Shown in pieces: positions 60,276 to 64,000 of a stretch of 64,000 nucleotides of DNA; positions within the stretch are counted from its first letter, which is position 1; the number at the start of each line of letters is the position of its first letter. This stretch comes from Nitrospirota bacterium. GTDB taxonomy: Bacteria; Nitrospirota; UBA9217. The notes under the pieces were generated by a model that did no database searches, had not been told where the DNA came from, and worked only from the letters and a program-made list of their open reading frames with translations. The position numbers and the translations under genes are program-made. Where the stretch lies: positions 128,001-192,000 of the forward strand of contig CAVVOB010000013.1 in assembly GCA_963749655.1 (NCBI GenBank), given 5' to 3'.

Positions 60276-60848
60276 ATGAACCTTAAGAGTAGCAGAACGG
60301 AAATGAACCTGCTTGCCGCGTTCGCCGGGGAATCGCAGGCGCGCAACCGGTATACTTTTTTCGGCAGCGCAGCAAAGAAGGAGGGATACGAGCAGATAGC
60401 GTCCATCTTCCTCGAGACTGCCGAGAATGAGAAGGAGCATGCCAAGCGGTTCTTCAGGTTCCTCGAGGGCGGCATGGTCGAGTTCACCGCGACCTTTCCC
60501 GCGGGCATTATTGGCACAACGGCGCAGAACCTCGCCGCCGCTGCCGCGGGAGAGCATGAAGAGTGGACGAAACTCTACCCCGGCTTCGGCGACATAGCCG
60601 CAGAGGAAGGATTTCCCGGCGTTGCTGCAGCATTCAGGTATATTGCGAAGGTGGAGGTGGAGCATGAGAAGCGGTTCCTGAAACTTCTCGAAAACATTGA
60701 GCGCGGGAGAGTTTTTGTCAGGGACGCTCCCTCGACCTGGATCTGCAGCAACTGCGGGTATCATCATGAAGGCCTCGAAGCCCCTGAAAAATGCCCCACC
60801 TGTCTGCATCCCAAGAGTTTTTTTGAACTTTGGATGGAAAATTATTGA
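60276..60848 (+). CDS. rbr: Rubrerythrin
   Basis: AFAGESQARNRY, ENEKEH, EVEHE and C-terminal CSNCG...CPTC. Confidence 0.95.
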   Translation: MNLKSSRTEMNLLAAFAGESQARNRYTFFGSAAKKEGYEQIASIFLETAENEKEHAKRFFRFLEGGMVEFTATFPAGIIGTTAQNLAAAAAGEHEEWTKLYPGFGDIAAEEGFPGVAAAFRYIAKVEVEHEKRFLKLLENIERGRVFVRDAPSTWICSNCGYHHEGLEAPEKCPTCLHPKSFFELWMENY

Positions 60849-61070
60849 CTCGCAACGGCAAAAGTCTCTCGACTCCTGCCGCGGAGAGGCTGCGATTTTT
60901 TTCAAATAAATTTCTGTCTGATCCGATCCACCTTTACAACATATCAAAGTAAAATTTGAGAATATTTAAACAGTAATATTTAGTTTAATCAAAAAAAACT
61001 TGACAGGCCCGCCCGTCCTCTGGTACTCTGCTTTCGGGGGCGCAAAAAAAAATATCGCGAGGGGGTCATC

Positions 61071-61433
61071 ATGTCAAAACTGAATTGCTGGGAAGCAATG
61101 CAATGCGGGCGTGAGCCCGGGGGGGCAAGAAAAGAGCTCGGCATCTGTCCCGTAACAACGGAATACCGGCTCCATGGCACTCACGGCGGCAAGCACGGAG
61201 GAAGGGCCTGCTGGATCATCGCAGGCACGTTGTGCGGCGGAAAGGCGCAGGGGACCTTTGCCCAGAAATACAGCAACTGCGAGAAATGCAGGTTTTATCA
61301 GAGTGTAAGGCAGGAGGAGGGGTCTGCTTTCAAGTTGTCTCTTGTGTTGATGCAGCGGCTGAACGCAAAGCCCGATCTTTTAAAACAGAAAACGGCGCCT
61401 GCGGATCAGCACAACAGCCAGGCGCGGACATAA
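61071..61433 (+). CDS. Two-CW-domain Cys-rich protein
   Basis: NCWE..CGREPGG...CP...GRACW..AGTLC...CEKCRFY. Confidence 0.82.
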   Translation: MSKLNCWEAMQCGREPGGARKELGICPVTTEYRLHGTHGGKHGGRACWIIAGTLCGGKAQGTFAQKYSNCEKCRFYQSVRQEEGSAFKLSLVLMQRLNAKPDLLKQKTAPADQHNSQART

Positions 61434-61462
61434 CCCGGTTTTCCGGGGACATTCTCATGAAG

Positions 61463-61496
61463 GCGGCCGCCGGGACATCCGGCTGGCCGCTTTTTT
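61463..61496 (+). terminator. Intrinsic terminator
   Basis: gcggcc-gccgg...ccggc-t-ggccgc followed by T6. Confidence 0.65.
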
Positions 61497-61595
61497 ATTC
61501 CAAGTCCCGAGCTGCGACCAGCCTTGTTCTGTATTGCTTTCACGGTGCCGACGTCGTATAATGTTGCAGTTTCGGATTAACGGAGGTTTCTGTAC

Positions 61596-61904
61596 ATGGA
61601 TACAAAAGACTGGAAAGTGACGGAGGCGCCCACTTGTCCGCACTGTAAGCAACTGATGGAACAACTGGATGCGCGCTACCTCGACTGGGACTCTCCCTAC
61701 CTCTGGGTATGCTTCAACAACGAATGCACGCTGTTCAAGAAGGGCTGGAACCACATGATGGAAACCGTGGGGCAACTGGTGTCCTACCGCTTCATGATCC
61801 ATCCCCAGAACGGAGAAAAGGGCGTGATCCCGGCGTTCAGCAACCAGTACCTGGAGCAGCACGGCAAACCGGGAGACCCTTACACGGATCCTGAGTGCAG
61901 TTGA
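61596..61904 (+). CDS. Zinc-ribbon protein
   Basis: GGAGG RBS and CPHC...VCFNNEC. Confidence 0.78.
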   Translation: MDTKDWKVTEAPTCPHCKQLMEQLDARYLDWDSPYLWVCFNNECTLFKKGWNHMMETVGQLVSYRFMIHPQNGEKGVIPAFSNQYLEQHGKPGDPYTDPECS

Positions 61905-61923
61905 TCGGATAAAGAATGATCAT

Positions 61924-61959
61924 AAGCCGGGGGCTTTTTCGAAGCCCCCGGCTTTTTTT
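61924..61959 (+). terminator. Intrinsic terminator
   Basis: gccgggggctt / aagcccccggc stem followed by T7. Confidence 0.8.
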
Positions 61960-62210
61960 GTCCCGAGAGCCCGCCGGTCAAAAACACCTTTTTGACCGGC
62001 AGAACACGACTCCTGCAAAAGAGGATCCTTCCCGAAGAGATGCATCTTCCCCGACCGGAACCTGATATTTCCTGCACAGACCCTTGGGTACCTCGCCTAC
62101 TTCGGAGCTTCGCCGCCTGAAGCGATGAATGTGCTGTTTCGGCCTGACCGGGCGAACAGGCAAGGCTTCCCGGGCCGGAAGCAGCAGGGGAAAAATCGGC
62201 CGGCCGGAAG

Positions 62211-62597
62211 TCAGGGATTGACGTTGATCAGTCTGTTGAATTTAGCTACCGGAGAGAGCTTGTAAAGGGGAACTTTCTTTGTGGTAGCGAGCATCGCGTA
62301 CCCGCGGGGATCGTAAAGCCATCTGCTCCCGTCGGAGAGGTCGATTTTATAGAGCCAGTGAGGCATGAAATTACGGGGTGTGACCTGTTTTTTTGCTTTC
62401 CAGATCGACTGGAACGCGGCCACGGCGCGCGGATGGGTCACAACGTGGATCACCTCGAATCGGTCATTCCGTACGGTAACGCCTGACCGGCGCGCTGCTG
62501 AAACGGGCGCTGCCGCTGTCAGGACCAGAAGGACGACCGCCATGAGGGTTCCGGCAATGATGCCGGCCATGTTGACTGTTCTGTGCCGTTCGTTCAT
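62211..62597 (-). CDS. Exported basic hypothetical protein
   Basis: GGAG RBS and a signal peptide ending in VSA. Confidence 0.65.
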   Translation of the reverse strand: MNERHRTVNMAGIIAGTLMAVVLLVLTAAAPVSAARRSGVTVRNDRFEVIHVVTHPRAVAAFQSIWKAKKQVTPRNFMPHWLYKIDLSDGSRWLYDPRGYAMLATTKKVPLYKLSPVAKFNRLINVNP

Positions 62598-62749
62598 GAT
62601 TTTTCTCCGTTGGTCTCTTTATGAGTTCCGTGATGTGAAAGTCATTTTCATTGCATAACGCTGACGCAGAGAAAAAACGACAATGACAAAAAGGGGGCAC
62701 AGCCAGGGATAGCGCGGCTAATGCGGCCCCCCCGAATCCCGATGATTTC

Positions 62750-63589
62750 CTAGCCGAGGCCGTCCCTCCCCGGTTTGATATGGTATTTCTTTATTTCCGC
62801 GAGTGAGAATACGGGACCTTCCTCGCAGATGAGCTTCCTGCCGCAGAAACAGTGCCCGCACTTCCCTACGCCGCATTTCATGTGGGCCTCGAGGGTGGTA
62901 ATGATGTGATCGTCAGGCATGCCCATGAGCGACAGGTCGCGCATGGCCGCCTGGATCATGATATGGGGCCCGCAGATGTAGGCGGTGCAGTTCTTGAAGT
63001 CCACCTTTGCCTTGCCGAAGTGCTCGGTTACGAGTCCGGTGCATCCCTTCCAGCTTTCGATCTGGCAGGTGTCCACGGTAAGGATGACCTCGGCGCCTTT
63101 ATCCTGCCATGCCTGGACCTCGTCCATGAACAGGACTTCCGCGGGATTGCGCGATCCGTACATGACCGTAATGCCCGATTGCCCGCCCGAACGCGCGCGG
63201 CTGTTCACCATTTTGTTGATGAGCGGCCGGAGCGGCACGACCCCGATCCCACCGCAGATGAACAGCGTGTCCTGGTGTCCGTTGATGGGGAAGGGTTTGC
63301 CGTAGGGGCCGCGCAGCCAGACGGCGTCGCCTGCGCGGTGCGAGTTCAAGGCCGACGAGACGTGTCCGACGGAGCGCACGCAGATTTCGAGATGGTTTCC
63401 CGCTCCGGGCGTGGACGTGATCGAGATCGGAACCTCGCCGGCGCCCATGACCGACACCATGACGAACTGTCCGGGCTGGTAGGCAAAATCATCGGGCACG
63501 TCGATCGAGAAGAGCTTGACGTCTTTGGCGACCTCGCTCACGGCGGCAATTGATGTTTTAAACGGCAGGTAGATGTTGTTTGTTTTCAT
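62750..63589 (-). CDS. FAD/NAD(P)-binding oxidoreductase (AsrB / sulfhydrogenase gamma-like)
   Basis: PGQF, GEVPISI, RGPYG, GGIGVVPLR, ICGP and MKCGVGKCGHC...CEEGPVF. Confidence 0.9.
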   Translation of the reverse strand: MKTNNIYLPFKTSIAAVSEVAKDVKLFSIDVPDDFAYQPGQFVMVSVMGAGEVPISITSTPGAGNHLEICVRSVGHVSSALNSHRAGDAVWLRGPYGKPFPINGHQDTLFICGGIGVVPLRPLINKMVNSRARSGGQSGITVMYGSRNPAEVLFMDEVQAWQDKGAEVILTVDTCQIESWKGCTGLVTEHFGKAKVDFKNCTAYICGPHIMIQAAMRDLSLMGMPDDHIITTLEAHMKCGVGKCGHCFCGRKLICEEGPVFSLAEIKKYHIKPGRDGLG

Positions 63590-63599
63590 AATTCCACTG

Positions 63600-63760
63600 A
63601 TGCATGGTGCAGAGTGCATGGCGCAGAGAGCAGAGAGCAGAGAGCAGAGAGCAGAGAGTAACTGCGTTCCCCCATGCCCCATGTTCTATGCCCACGCCTT
63701 ATGCCCTATGCGCTCTGCTCCATGCGCTATGCCTTTGTTCTCAAGCCCTCTGCCCTATGC
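63600..63760. repeat. Inverted heptanucleotide arrays (GCAGAGA)n ... (CTATGCC/CTCTGC)n
   Basis: Directly visible tandem units between the two asr-like genes. Confidence 0.75.
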
Positions 63761-64000
63761 GTCTTTATCCCCTGTCTGGTCCGATCCCTTGATCTTGAGC
63801 GCAACCGTCGCCATGTCGATCTTCCCCGGGCACGATAGTGCGCAGCGGCCGCATCCCACGCACCCGAAGGCCCCGAACTGAGCGGGCCAGTGCAAGAGCT
63901 TGTGATGGAACCACCGCTTGGTGCGGTTGACCTTGTCCTGGGCGGGAATGACGCCGCCCGCCATGCGGGTGAATCCCTTGAACATGCAGGCGTCCCAGAG
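63755..64000 (-). CDS. 4Fe-4S dicluster protein (AsrA / sulfhydrogenase beta-like), 5' end outside window
   Basis: WDAC..GFTRMAGG, RWFHHKL and GCVGCGRCALSCP. Confidence 0.85.
   Translation of the reverse strand, partial: LWDACMFKGFTRMAGGVIPAQDKVNRTKRWFHHKLLHWPAQFGAFGCVGCGRCALSCPGKIDMATVALKIKGSDQTGDKDA

Noticed and set aside
63590-63682. N-terminal extension (LLSALCSLLSALC) of the AsrB-like ORF as a signal peptide
   Set aside because: It is translated heptamer repeat, and the real start is ATG 63589. The recQ and VF530 extensions in the ORF track likewise run into intergenic repeats.
1154-63760. CRISPR array
   Set aside because: The repeats are short tandem heptamers or dispersed palindromes without unique regular spacers, and no cas genes are present.

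Overview
This is a 64-kb chromosomal stretch of a GC-rich anaerobic bacterium. Gene content and intergenic repeat style suggest Nitrospirota or Desulfobacterota, which is an inference. In order, the window holds: the 3' part of guaB; SNF2, RluA, VF530 and DUF1566 genes; a decayed IS4; a block of secreted or accessory genes (WG-repeat/RsiV-like protein, lipoproteins, frameshifted lipoprotein-metacaspase); and recQ. A long minus-strand run follows, with a spermidine-synthase-like membrane protein, a NosR-like FMN/Fe-S protein, an AmmeMemoRadiSam cluster, a split CbcL-like 9-heme c plus cytochrome b pair, menG/ubiE and a B12 radical SAM. After that come a complete A/V-type ATPase operon in the order H-I-K-E-C-F-A-B-D, a Big_2 lipoprotein, an intact ISL3 (8-bp TSD, -1 frameshift), a frameshifted PDZ-kinase/NarL pair, a 1940-aa cytochrome with about 19 hemes, stress genes and AsrA/AsrB-like genes. 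Three observations stand out. (1) AmrS lacks its usual N-terminus and is flanked by two micro-ORFs, a 45-aa Tat peptide missing from the ORF track and a 67-aa membrane peptide, each ending in a motif like the missing segment. (2) A 21-aa RiPP-precursor-like peptide with a strong RBS and terminator, also missing from the ORF track, closes the giant-cytochrome operon. (3) A B12 radical SAM is co-oriented with menG and a CbcL-like quinol oxidase and is a candidate quinone-modifying enzyme. No rRNA, tRNA or CRISPR was recognised. All family calls are by motif recognition, not database search.
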